Shown here: one piece after another, positions 1 through 9,109 of the stretch
Layout of the letters: every line of letters starts with the position of its first letter
Numbering within the stretch: the first letter of the stretch is position 1
DNA from: an uncultured Bacteroidota bacterium
Lineage (GTDB): Bacteria; Bacteroidota; Bacteroidia; AKYH767-A; OLB10
DNA length: 64,000 nucleotides
Direction: 5' to 3'
Assembly (NCBI GenBank): GCA_903847585.1
Contig: CAINEC010000193.1
Span: 52,507-116,506 of the forward strand
Notes under the pieces: model-generated
What the model was told of the DNA's origin: nothing
What the model saw: the letters and a program-made list of their open reading frames with translations, nothing else
Databases searched by the model: none
Made by a program: the position numbers and the translations under genes

Positions 1-1359
1 TTGATTTTGATTACAAGAGCTTAAAGATATCAGGCTAACTAGCATTATTGCAGTAACGTTAATTTTCTTTTTAGAAACAATTAAATAAAACACTGCTCCA
101 ACAGCTACGAATAACAAACCTAAACCACTCTCATAAGGTTTGTTCATTAATAAATAGAACATAATCCAACAATTAAATACGATATAAACTATAGGAAGTA
201 TAGGATAAAGAGGAACACGAATTGGACGTGGTACATCAGCTCGTTTCTTCCGGAGCCAAATTAAACCAGCCGCTGTAAGTGTTGTAAAAAGTGTTAACAC
301 AAAACCGATACATGTAATCACGAATTGAAAGTCGGTGGTAAGTAAAATCACAATTGCAATTAACGATTGAATAATGATTGCCCGAACAGGAACATCGTTT
401 TTTGAGAATACCGATAAATAATTTAATTCTTGAAAATCCTGAGCAACTCTACTGATCACTCTTGGGCCAACTACAACCATAGAACTAATTGTTGATACCA
501 AGAAGAAAGAAATAAGCGCACCAATAATTAAAGCTCCTCTGCTACTAAAAATATAATCTGCCACAACAAACCCAACATCTTCTTTACCTCGCATAGCATC
601 AGCCGGGGCAGACAATAGAAAAACAAAATTCATCAATACATACAAAAGCATTACTACTAATGTACCTGTTAAAATAGAACGAGGAACATTTTTTTCAGGA
701 CTTTCAATTTCATCAATCATGTAAGCAGTTGCATTCCAACCAGAGTATGCATAAGAAACATAAATCAACGACACCCAAAATGCGGCGCTGAACAATTCAG
801 TCGACATATCAGCATTCGTAATTAAAAAACTAATTTGTTTATCAGAAGAAGAAAAATAAAAACCTGCAATTATAAAAAGCGACATTAATATTAATTTTCC
901 GGCTGTAATAAATATTTGAAAATTGGCACCAATGTTCTTTTTAAATAAATGAACGATGGTAATTAAAATGATTAATGAAACCGAAAGCAAATTTGGACTA
1001 ACACCAACTGGCAATAGGTGAGAAAAATATTTTGAAAATGCATGTGCTGCTGCTGCAATAGGCGCAGAAAATCCGAGTGTAATAGAAACCCATCCCGAAA
1101 GGAATCCAACGAAACGACCGAATGCTTCAGATAAAAAATGATATTCACCACCTGAACGAGGAAAGGCCGCACTTAATTCTGCATAGCAAAATGATCCCAT
1201 TACAGCGAGCAAACCACCCACAATCCACAGTAACAATATCACGCGATAATCTGATAAACCAAAGAGTTGAAATCCAAGACTCGTGAATATTCCCACTCCT
1301 ATCATATTCGCAACGACCAAAGAAAAAGCTGCTGCGTAATTTATTTTTGATGACGACAT
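1..1359 (-). CDS. APC-family amino acid permease with C-terminal extension; runs off the left edge and is absent from the ORF track
   Basis: Translated by hand from ATG 1359, open to position 1: MSSSKINYAAAFSLVVANMIGVGIF, CYAELSAAFPRSGGEY, YAYSGWNATAYMIDEIESPEKNVPRS are typical APC motifs. Confidence 0.92.
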   Translation of the reverse strand, partial: MSSSKINYAAAFSLVVANMIGVGIFTSLGFQLFGLSDYRVILLLWIVGGLLAVMGSFCYAELSAAFPRSGGEYHFLSEAFGRFVGFLSGWVSITLGFSAPIAAAAHAFSKYFSHLLPVGVSPNLLSVSLIILITIVHLFKKNIGANFQIFITAGKLILMSLFIIAGFYFSSSDKQISFLITNADMSTELFSAAFWVSLIYVSYAYSGWNATAYMIDEIESPEKNVPRSILTGTLVVMLLYVLMNFVFLLSAPADAMRGKEDVGFVVADYIFSSRGALIIGALISFFLVSTISSMVVVGPRVISRVAQDFQELNYLSVFSKNDVPVRAIIIQSLIAIVILLTTDFQFVITCIGFVLTLFTTLTAAGLIWLRKKRADVPRPIRVPLYPILPIVYIVFNCWIMFYLLMNKPYESGLGLLFVAVGAVFYLIVSKKKINVTAIMLVSLISLSSCNQNQ

Positions 1360-1372
1360 TTTAGCTAACTAA

Positions 1373-2089
1373 TTACTTACACTTTTTACTTATTCCATCA
1401 ACAAATGAAGGAATAAAATTTATTTTCGATGCCAGGTTACTTCCCTTAAATCCCTTGATATCAGCATAAGAAATTTTTGCATGATACTCATTTAAAAATT
1501 TAGTTGATTCAGGCAAGTATGACCAATGCCACTTTTCCTCTTGATAACCTGTCCTACCTGTTTTTTTCATATCGTCGTAAACCTGACAAAAGCCAAACTT
1601 ATGAGCATTGTTTACGAGCCAAGTATATTCTTTCAAACCTTTACCCGTTGCGAAATACGAAGGTTCTAAGCTATTAATATCGATATCCGTTCCCCAATGA
1701 TGTCTGGATGTAGACGGCATTGAACTGTATAAAAGAATCTTTTTCATGCAGGCAATACTATCACCATTCTTAAAATAATTATTCCACTTATTATCCCAAA
1801 TATTTTTTTGTTCAGAATAGCTTCGAGTACCTGAAAGTGCTTTTAAAGTAACTCCTGCTTTTGCAGCAGAATCGGCCATCGCCTTAAATTTTTCAAAAAC
1901 AGTTTTTCGCAAATAAATTTCTTTAGTCGAATAAGCAAGTGGCAGTTTAATGAAATCAGGATCGGTTTTGTAATTAAACTGACCGGTTAAACGCTCTTTA
2001 TCAGATACGGGTTTGTTGACACAAGATGATTGAATGAAAAAAGCAGTTAAGCAAACAAATAATAACAAAAATATTGATTTGAAATTCAT
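1373..2089 (-). CDS. M15 (VanY-like) D-alanyl-D-alanine carboxypeptidase, lipoprotein
   Basis: SGTRSY, SRHHWGTDID and EEKWHW zinc motifs; lipobox QSSC. Confidence 0.88.
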   Translation of the reverse strand: MNFKSIFLLLFVCLTAFFIQSSCVNKPVSDKERLTGQFNYKTDPDFIKLPLAYSTKEIYLRKTVFEKFKAMADSAAKAGVTLKALSGTRSYSEQKNIWDNKWNNYFKNGDSIACMKKILLYSSMPSTSRHHWGTDIDINSLEPSYFATGKGLKEYTWLVNNAHKFGFCQVYDDMKKTGRTGYQEEKWHWSYLPESTKFLNEYHAKISYADIKGFKGSNLASKINFIPSFVDGISKKCK

Positions 2090-2091
2090 GA

Positions 2092-2571
2092 TTAATCGCC
2101 AATTTCTAAATCAACAAATTGCCCAAACACCCAACCAACCTTTCCTGATTCTGTCCTGACTTTATACCATCCATCTCCATTTATAAATTTCAAACGATCA
2201 GTAGTGATTGTAGCGTATCCTTTACTTTTATCGCGTTGTGTGTATGAAATTTTCACTTTGCTTCCATTTAGATGCTCTATTACCTTTACCGCTTTCCCCT
2301 CAGGAAGTTTGAAAACGTAGTTGCCATCGTAAGTATCATAAAAGCGAGTTTCGTATTTTAAAATTGCTTCATTCGTATTGTTTGTAGGATAAAACTCGTC
2401 TAAAATCTCTAATGATTCGCCTTTTTTCAAAGATGTTAATTTAGATGACGATGTAGAATGGTTAGCGCGCAAAATAATGCTACTTCCATTCGTGTAACCA
2501 TACCTACTATACTGTGCTTCAGCACAGATAGAAGTCAAAATCAGAATAAATAAAAAACTTAATATTCTCAT
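2092..2571 (-). CDS. Secreted bacterial SH3-domain protein
   Basis: Signal peptide AEA|Q; LRANHSTSS..LKKGE..GWYKVRTESGKVGWV. Confidence 0.75.
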   Translation of the reverse strand: MRILSFLFILILTSICAEAQYSRYGYTNGSSIILRANHSTSSSKLTSLKKGESLEILDEFYPTNNTNEAILKYETRFYDTYDGNYVFKLPEGKAVKVIEHLNGSKVKISYTQRDKSKGYATITTDRLKFINGDGWYKVRTESGKVGWVFGQFVDLEIGD

Positions 2572-2770
2572 TGCTGATATTAATATTTTAAGATTTCAAA
2601 ACTAACTTTTAGCAATCATTTTAACAAATTGACCCTGTTTTTTTATTAACATCAATGTTCATTATTGTGAATTACTTTTAAAGCTAAAACAACTCTGAAA
2701 ATTCAAATAATTTCAAGTAGTAATTAATAGATTATTACCTTCGCTTTCCATTTATTTCACCCGAAGATTC

Positions 2771-3964
2771 ATGAAATCAATTTATCGCTTTATTCAAATA
2801 ACTTTCTGTTTTATAGCCTTTAGTTGCAACAATCCGACAGAAAAGAATTCGCCTACAACACAAACTACTACTGAAACTAAGCAAGATAGTTCATCAGCAC
2901 CAACTGCAGATGTTAAAACGATCAAAGTCAATATTGATTCATCCTACAACAATCTATCTCATTTAATTGCAGGATACCCTATCAACTATTACCAACCGCA
3001 GTGGGACAAAACCTTCATTGATTCGTTTAATAAAAATGTCAATCAGAAAATGGCCTCGATTGAAAACTCTCGCTTATCTAAAATTAAGAGTTGGAATGAA
3101 AACAATATAAAATCAAATGGTGCTAATGACACCAACTTTGTTTTTTATCCATTTTCTGGTGGTGATTTCATTCATATGGCTTGGCTTTATCCGAATGCGA
3201 ACGAGTACTTTATGATTGCGCGTGAATATGTAGGTGATATTCCTAATTTGTTTGCTAAAGACTCAGCTTATACTTCTCAGTATTTGAAAGACATCGAATA
3301 TGTTTTGCGCGATATTTATAACAAGAGTTATTTTATCACCAAAAACATGAGTGCCGATACCAAACACAATACTAAAGTAAATGGTATGCTTCCATTGATT
3401 TTATGGGGAGCAGTTCGAACGGGACACGATATCAGTCAGGTATCATTTGGTAAAATTGATGACGAAGGCAATTTCACCGCGGTAAACAATCATGAAAAAA
3501 GCAATATAGTTCAAGTGATATTGTGGAATAAAAAATTAAATAAACAACAAAAGGTCACTTACTTCTGCTGCGACTTAGCTAACGACGAACTAGTATCACA
3601 TCCTGGGAATATGATATTCATGGAAAAATCTATAGGAGCAAACTGTAATACTTTTATTAAATCTGCCTCTTACCTATTACACTATGGTAGTTTTACTACT
3701 ATCAGAGATTTTGTTCTATCTAAGAGTAATTACCTTGTTCAAGACGACACAGGAATTCCATACAAACATTTTAATAATGAGCAATGGAAAGTAAGTGTTT
3801 TTGGAGTTTACGAAAAACCGGTAAGAGATTTTAGTGATAATTTATATCAGGAAGATTTAGATTCAGCATATAAAACGCCATCCTATCTTGGTGATCTTAA
3901 TTTTTCATTGGGATATCACTGGGGATCCAAAAAGCAGAATCAAATTGTTGCTAAGAAGAACTGA
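2771..3964 (+). CDS. Conserved hypothetical lipoprotein
   Basis: Lipobox AFSC, T/S-rich linker, then globular domain with VFYPFSGGDF, KSASYLLH and QDDTGIPY. Confidence 0.75.
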   Translation: MKSIYRFIQITFCFIAFSCNNPTEKNSPTTQTTTETKQDSSSAPTADVKTIKVNIDSSYNNLSHLIAGYPINYYQPQWDKTFIDSFNKNVNQKMASIENSRLSKIKSWNENNIKSNGANDTNFVFYPFSGGDFIHMAWLYPNANEYFMIAREYVGDIPNLFAKDSAYTSQYLKDIEYVLRDIYNKSYFITKNMSADTKHNTKVNGMLPLILWGAVRTGHDISQVSFGKIDDEGNFTAVNNHEKSNIVQVILWNKKLNKQQKVTYFCCDLANDELVSHPGNMIFMEKSIGANCNTFIKSASYLLHYGSFTTIRDFVLSKSNYLVQDDTGIPYKHFNNEQWKVSVFGVYEKPVRDFSDNLYQEDLDSAYKTPSYLGDLNFSLGYHWGSKKQNQIVAKKN

Positions 3965-3973
3965 AAGAACCAA

Positions 3974-6900
3974 TTAGTATTTGAGTTCTTGTCCTACGTG
4001 AAGCACATTCAATCTTGAATTATTTTTCTTTCTTAGATCTGTGATGGAAATACCGAGTCTTCTACTAATACTATAAGGTGTATCACCTAATTTAACCACA
4101 TAAATACCATGACGCTTTTCCATCATCTCAGAACTCGATAATGTTAAAGAATCTTTTGGAGTAACAACTGGCTTCACAACGTGAGCTGTATCTAATTCTG
4201 TCATACAAGGACAAAGTATTTTCTTTTGACTTTGAGTAAAATCATATCCTGAAAGCGGTTTGTATTCTTTGATTCTTGTCCTCACATTATTATAGCCTTT
4301 GTAATTATTTTCTGTACACAACTCCCAATACTTTAATGCCTGAGTGGAATTGAAATCACAAAACTGCATCAATGATAAAGCAGACAACATACCTGATTGA
4401 TGCCATCCGTTCCAGCAATGTATATAAACCTTCTCCTTCTCGTTATCAATTTTATTGTTAACCCGATTCAATAAATCTGCATAAAACTCCATTAAAAAAG
4501 TATCTGATATTACTGGCCTGCAGTCATAATCTAAACCAATGCTTTTTAACGAATCTATTTTAAACGAATCATAACGTTGTGTAAAATTTTTTGAATAGAG
4601 GTAATAGATTTTATTAAATCCAGCTTCATGTAAATTATCTATTGCATAATAAGGCAAAGGATTTTGAACATAATATTTTGGAATGGAATCTTTCAAATCA
4701 AGATTGTTACCGCCACCTCTATAAAGCAAACCTGGAAATACAGCTCTTACATTGCGTGTACCTAACATAGAGGAATCACCTTTCCCTGAATTATCAATAT
4801 ATCGTTTAAGTACAGAATTCCCTTTATCACAATTCGTTTTAATTGTGTCTACATCGCTTGAATTCTTTACAGCTTTATTATCCACTTGTCCATTACATGA
4901 TGCGGCCATCATGCACAAAAATAATACGATAGGCAAATTCGTGAGTTTATTATTGCGCTTACGAATAAGGAATAACACTATCAAAATAATTAGCAAACCC
5001 GAAATAATTGATATCATATAAATAGTGCTGTTTCCAGACTTTTCTTTATTAACGGATGCGTTAAATTTTAATTGTTTAAGCTTTGATATTGAAATATTCT
5101 TGACCTTAATTTTACCATTCTCCTTTTGAATCAAATAACCTGCATGTAAAATTAACATAGAATCGCTCACAAGATAATGTAAACTATCTATCCATGTATG
5201 ATTTATCGTATCAATAAGATTAAACTGTACATCATTTAAAAAAGAACTTGATTCAAATGCTGGAACTGCTTTCAAATTCTTACTTTGAATATTCGAATTA
5301 AACAAGTTCAAGTTATTAGTAAGAATTATTGAAGAAGATGCAGGGATAACTACATTACTTAAATCAACAGCCAAACCGTTTCGATCTTCATATAACTTTA
5401 CACCCTTTAAAGAAATATCGCTAGTGTGTTTGTTAGCCAACTCAATAAATAGCAACGGCTCTTTCTTCGAATTATTGATATAGTATTTTCTAATCTCTAA
5501 ACTATCTTTTTTAGACGATGCTTTTAGATGACTAAAATTTGCAGTAAGATTTAAATTCGATAACAGCTGAACATTCCTGCTCGATGTTTTTACTCCATCA
5601 CTCCATCCATCAAATTGATATTGATGATTTGAATTCAGAGCAGATAATTCAAAAGGAATACTTCCAAAGAAATAACCATTAATTGCATTCGTATGAACAA
5701 CCGAATTATTTATAGTGAGTCCTTTGAATGAATTATTATTTTGACCAACTGTTAGTCGATAAATCGAATCAATTGAGAAAGTGATTTTCAAATCTTTAAA
5801 TAACGTTGTATCGCGAACAGAAAAATATTGCTTTAGCTCATTAAACTTTTCTGTCCAGGCTTCCATATCCTCGCCATACAAATTTTTTCTGCGATTGAAA
5901 TGACGAGGCAGCTCCCCTTTTATTTTTTCTGCACGTAAATCCAAACTACGACCAAAATAAGACGCATTCAAATAAGTCGCATTCAAGTAACAATACTGCG
6001 TTACAAATCGATTTCGCAGTGTATCATTTTTCAATAAATGTTCAAGTATTGTAGTAGTATAGCTAGGGTTATACCATAGTCGTTCTTTAGGCAAACAACG
6101 ATTCTGAATAAAATTCGATTCAGCAAATGCACATGCTTGATCAGCATCATAAACTACCCATTTCCATTTACCATCCTTATGCTTGTAAAAACGAACATTA
6201 CCACGTGAGTCGATGTTTGTTATATACGTTTCAAATATTTGATAATTGAAATAATTTTCGATGTCGATACTATCTTTTATCAAATTAATAAAATCAGGCT
6301 TATCAGAACTCTCTATGATATAAGAAACTAATGAATTGTATTCAGGACTTTCATCTCCTGAACCTTGCAATTCAATAAAATCACCTTTCTTCCAATCATA
6401 GCGGTATTTAAAATAATCGCCATTAACTTTCTCTCTCAAGTTATGTATTCCGTAATAAATACCATTGACATATAAAATCACCTGACGATAATCTTTCGTA
6501 TTTAAATCAATATCCGCTGCTACCTGACTAATTGCAATATCTTTTATTCGTGTTGCATGTTGATCATTTCCAGAAGTTCGAAGCACTACATGCTGATAAT
6601 CTCTGAAAGGTAAATTCTGGAATAGTTTTACTTTTATCTTACTGCGTTCATATTTATTATCTCTCGCCGATAACTGCAAAGACTTTTCTTTCCAACCTAA
6701 AGTCATACCTCCGTAAGTCTTAACATCAAGCGCTAATTCATCAACCAATTCATTGTAAAAATAAAACTGTGCAAAGCATGATATTGGTTTTTTATCCCAA
6801 GCCTTACCAACTACTTTTGTTTTTGCTTTTTTATTCTTTTTCTTTTCTTCTCGATTAGCAACTTCGCCATAGTAAATTCCTTCTGGTGGAAAAAACTCGA

Positions 6901-7291
6901 TTGAATCGACAATTATTGAAACAATTGGAATCTGATGAGGAGAATTAATAAAATAGGTTCCTAGGTATTTACTATCTTTTCCATTCTCACCCTTCAAAAT
7001 TATTGTTAACGAAGATGTTTCTGTGATTGTAAAATTCAAGCCCGGATACGTTTCTCCTTTTTCATTTGAAACAATTATTCTTGCATTTGATGTATCGATT
7101 CCTGTAATTGAAATTGCAACTGGAGATTTATAAAATCCTGAAAGATGATTTATCTTAAAAGTTGTAGCCTTCTCCAGACTGTAAATCATTAAGGGCTTTT
7201 TAGCTGCCGTATCTTTGACATTGGGAATATCTTGTCCGAATGCAAATTGACAAATTATAACTAAAAGAAGCACGAGTCGTTGTTTCATCAT
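3974..7291 (-). CDS. Multidomain protein: CotH-family kinase, lamin-tail-like domain, TM helix, internal lipoprotein signal, PTP/DSP-fold domain, LysM
   Basis: CotH motifs YYGIHNLREKV, NIDSRGN, WVVYDAD; LTD-like FIELANK..ISLKG; LLYRGG and HCWNGWHQSG; C-terminal YVVKLGDTPYSISRRLG..LHVGQEL. Confidence 0.8.
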   Translation of the reverse strand: MMKQRLVLLLVIICQFAFGQDIPNVKDTAAKKPLMIYSLEKATTFKINHLSGFYKSPVAISITGIDTSNARIIVSNEKGETYPGLNFTITETSSLTIILKGENGKDSKYLGTYFINSPHQIPIVSIIVDSIEFFPPEGIYYGEVANREEKKKNKKAKTKVVGKAWDKKPISCFAQFYFYNELVDELALDVKTYGGMTLGWKEKSLQLSARDNKYERSKIKVKLFQNLPFRDYQHVVLRTSGNDQHATRIKDIAISQVAADIDLNTKDYRQVILYVNGIYYGIHNLREKVNGDYFKYRYDWKKGDFIELQGSGDESPEYNSLVSYIIESSDKPDFINLIKDSIDIENYFNYQIFETYITNIDSRGNVRFYKHKDGKWKWVVYDADQACAFAESNFIQNRCLPKERLWYNPSYTTTILEHLLKNDTLRNRFVTQYCYLNATYLNASYFGRSLDLRAEKIKGELPRHFNRRKNLYGEDMEAWTEKFNELKQYFSVRDTTLFKDLKITFSIDSIYRLTVGQNNNSFKGLTINNSVVHTNAINGYFFGSIPFELSALNSNHQYQFDGWSDGVKTSSRNVQLLSNLNLTANFSHLKASSKKDSLEIRKYYINNSKKEPLLFIELANKHTSDISLKGVKLYEDRNGLAVDLSNVVIPASSSIILTNNLNLFNSNIQSKNLKAVPAFESSSFLNDVQFNLIDTINHTWIDSLHYLVSDSMLILHAGYLIQKENGKIKVKNISISKLKQLKFNASVNKEKSGNSTIYMISIISGLLIILIVLFLIRKRNNKLTNLPIVLFLCMMAASCNGQVDNKAVKNSSDVDTIKTNCDKGNSVLKRYIDNSGKGDSSMLGTRNVRAVFPGLLYRGGGNNLDLKDSIPKYYVQNPLPYYAIDNLHEAGFNKIYYLYSKNFTQRYDSFKIDSLKSIGLDYDCRPVISDTFLMEFYADLLNRVNNKIDNEKEKVYIHCWNGWHQSGMLSALSLMQFCDFNSTQALKYWELCTENNYKGYNNVRTRIKEYKPLSGYDFTQSQKKILCPCMTELDTAHVVKPVVTPKDSLTLSSSEMMEKRHGIYVVKLGDTPYSISRRLGISITDLRKKNNSRLNVLHVGQELKY

Positions 7292-7308
7292 CAGCTTGAA
7301 TACACAAT

Positions 7309-8310
7309 TTAAATCACTTTGTAACTTAAGATTATTTCAACTTCGGGACCTCTCAATATTCCTATGTGAAGTTCGCCAAGTTTTAATTGCTCCATTGTTT
7401 TTGAAAAAGTGTTTCCAGATTTATTATCGAATAATATTAAATCTTGATTATTAAGCAACACAATGGTATCATTCGACAACTGTTCAATTTCGAAATAAAG
7501 AGTTGAGGCTGCTTTTATTATTTTATTATAAGGAGCGCTATTAATTTTGAAAGATACACTCTCCATATTAAAAACAGTAGGGAGACTAAATTTAGGGTCG
7601 GTTTGTGATTTAATCAGAATACTATCCACATTGAAGCCCATTTGAAAAACAGTACTGGTTTCAAAATACATCATCTTTTTAAATTGTTCACGAGTAACTT
7701 TTTTGGGTAAAAATTGATATTTACTGCTATCTGGAAAATGATTAAACAAAAACTCTTTAGGGTTTACATCAAACCAATAAACGTTATAAATCGATTTTGA
7801 TTTAGCCTTACCATTTATATTCTCAGCATATCCACTACCCCAAGTAGGATCCATTAAATGCCATTGATCATTATACTGGACAGCATTCCAAGCATGATTA
7901 ACTCCAGTGACTGGCATACCTAATTTAAACCCGTATCCTTTGGCAAAACCATCAATCGACACACAAGGAATATTTAATTCATCACATATGGCTTTAAACA
8001 AAAAACTATAACCTGCGCATACCGCTTTACGTGATTTAAAAACTGCTTCCGCACTAGGATCATTAAAAACATGAGAATTGAAGGCATCATCATCATAAGA
8101 GATATGATGAGCCACCCAAGAATAAACTAAGCGTGATTGATAATTTTTATTATTGGTGATTTTCTGAAAGTAATTCGCCAATTTACCAATTGACTCTTCA
8201 TTCTCTACAGGAACATTTTTTCCTAAGCTATCTAATTGAGCATAGCTGTAATTTTGAGCATAGCTTAATTGAAAACTAAAGCACAATAAAATTAAAATTA
8301 TTATTCGCAT
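7309..8310 (-). CDS. Secreted transglutaminase-like cysteine protease domain protein
   Basis: AVCAGYS, HAWNAV and MDPTWG give a Cys-His-Asp triad; probable start MRIIILIL. Confidence 0.85.
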   Translation of the reverse strand: MRIIILILLCFSFQLSYAQNYSYAQLDSLGKNVPVENEESIGKLANYFQKITNNKNYQSRLVYSWVAHHISYDDDAFNSHVFNDPSAEAVFKSRKAVCAGYSFLFKAICDELNIPCVSIDGFAKGYGFKLGMPVTGVNHAWNAVQYNDQWHLMDPTWGSGYAENINGKAKSKSIYNVYWFDVNPKEFLFNHFPDSSKYQFLPKKVTREQFKKMMYFETSTVFQMGFNVDSILIKSQTDPKFSLPTVFNMESVSFKINSAPYNKIIKAASTLYFEIEQLSNDTIVLLNNQDLILFDNKSGNTFSKTMEQLKLGELHIGILRGPEVEIILSYKVI

Positions 8311-8312
8311 AC

Positions 8313-9053
8313 TTATTTTCTGATACATCGGATTGAGAACCCATTTTCAAGAACAAAGTTACCAATTCCTTGCTCCATATCAGATTGGCAGTTACCAATA
8401 TAAAGTGCTTTAAGCTCCGTATTCGTAGAGTCAGTAGGTGTATTCACCCAAAAAAAAGAGCAAGCCCCTTCTGCTAAATCCCCATTGAATAAATAACCGC
8501 CTTTATTTGCTCCAAAACCAGATTGATTGTTACTTACTACTTTTCTTGAATAAAGAGATTGCTCCGCCTCATTCCAATCTTCAACACTCCAATCATATTT
8601 CGCCAATTTGGTCATTACCTTTTCTGTAAACTTTTCACGCCCCCCAAGATATGCCGCGAGCATAAGATAGTCATCAGCAATAGGTAACCGATATCCCTTG
8701 GGACATACTGAAACAGAGTCTAGCAATACATAGCCATTGTAAAGCACATCGCCATTTTTCATAACATAACAGCATGGCATCTTACGTTCGTTATACTTAT
8801 TCCAGTCTTTGATCGACTTTACTTTTTTAATCTCTCTGCCATCAGAAAAGGTAGTTGTACTAACGTTATTGGACATCCATACTTGAACACCAATTTTTAC
8901 ATGAGGCACGGAATCCAGTAATTCAACGGAATCGATTTTCGCTACCTTTTCTTGCTTAGGCTCTGTGATTAGCTCCAAATCTTTTTTCTCCACCACATCA
9001 CATGCGCAAAAACACAAGATTAAGAATCCTGACAAACGATAAATTATCTTCAT
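8313..9053 (-). CDS. FISUMP (Fibrobacter succinogenes major paralogous) domain lipoprotein
   Basis: VKIGVQVWMSNN, VCPKGYRLP, C-terminal GFSIRCIR; lipobox-like FCAC. Confidence 0.8.
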   Translation of the reverse strand: MKIIYRLSGFLILCFCACDVVEKKDLELITEPKQEKVAKIDSVELLDSVPHVKIGVQVWMSNNVSTTTFSDGREIKKVKSIKDWNKYNERKMPCCYVMKNGDVLYNGYVLLDSVSVCPKGYRLPIADDYLMLAAYLGGREKFTEKVMTKLAKYDWSVEDWNEAEQSLYSRKVVSNNQSGFGANKGGYLFNGDLAEGACSFFWVNTPTDSTNTELKALYIGNCQSDMEQGIGNFVLENGFSIRCIRK

Positions 9054-9109
9054 TTTAATGAATTAAAAGCCGAGGCGAAAATAGTAAAATCCTGAAACTT
9101 AGCCCTTAT

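Noticed and set aside
972..1172. 66-aa ORF in the track
   Set aside because: Alternative frame inside the APC permease gene
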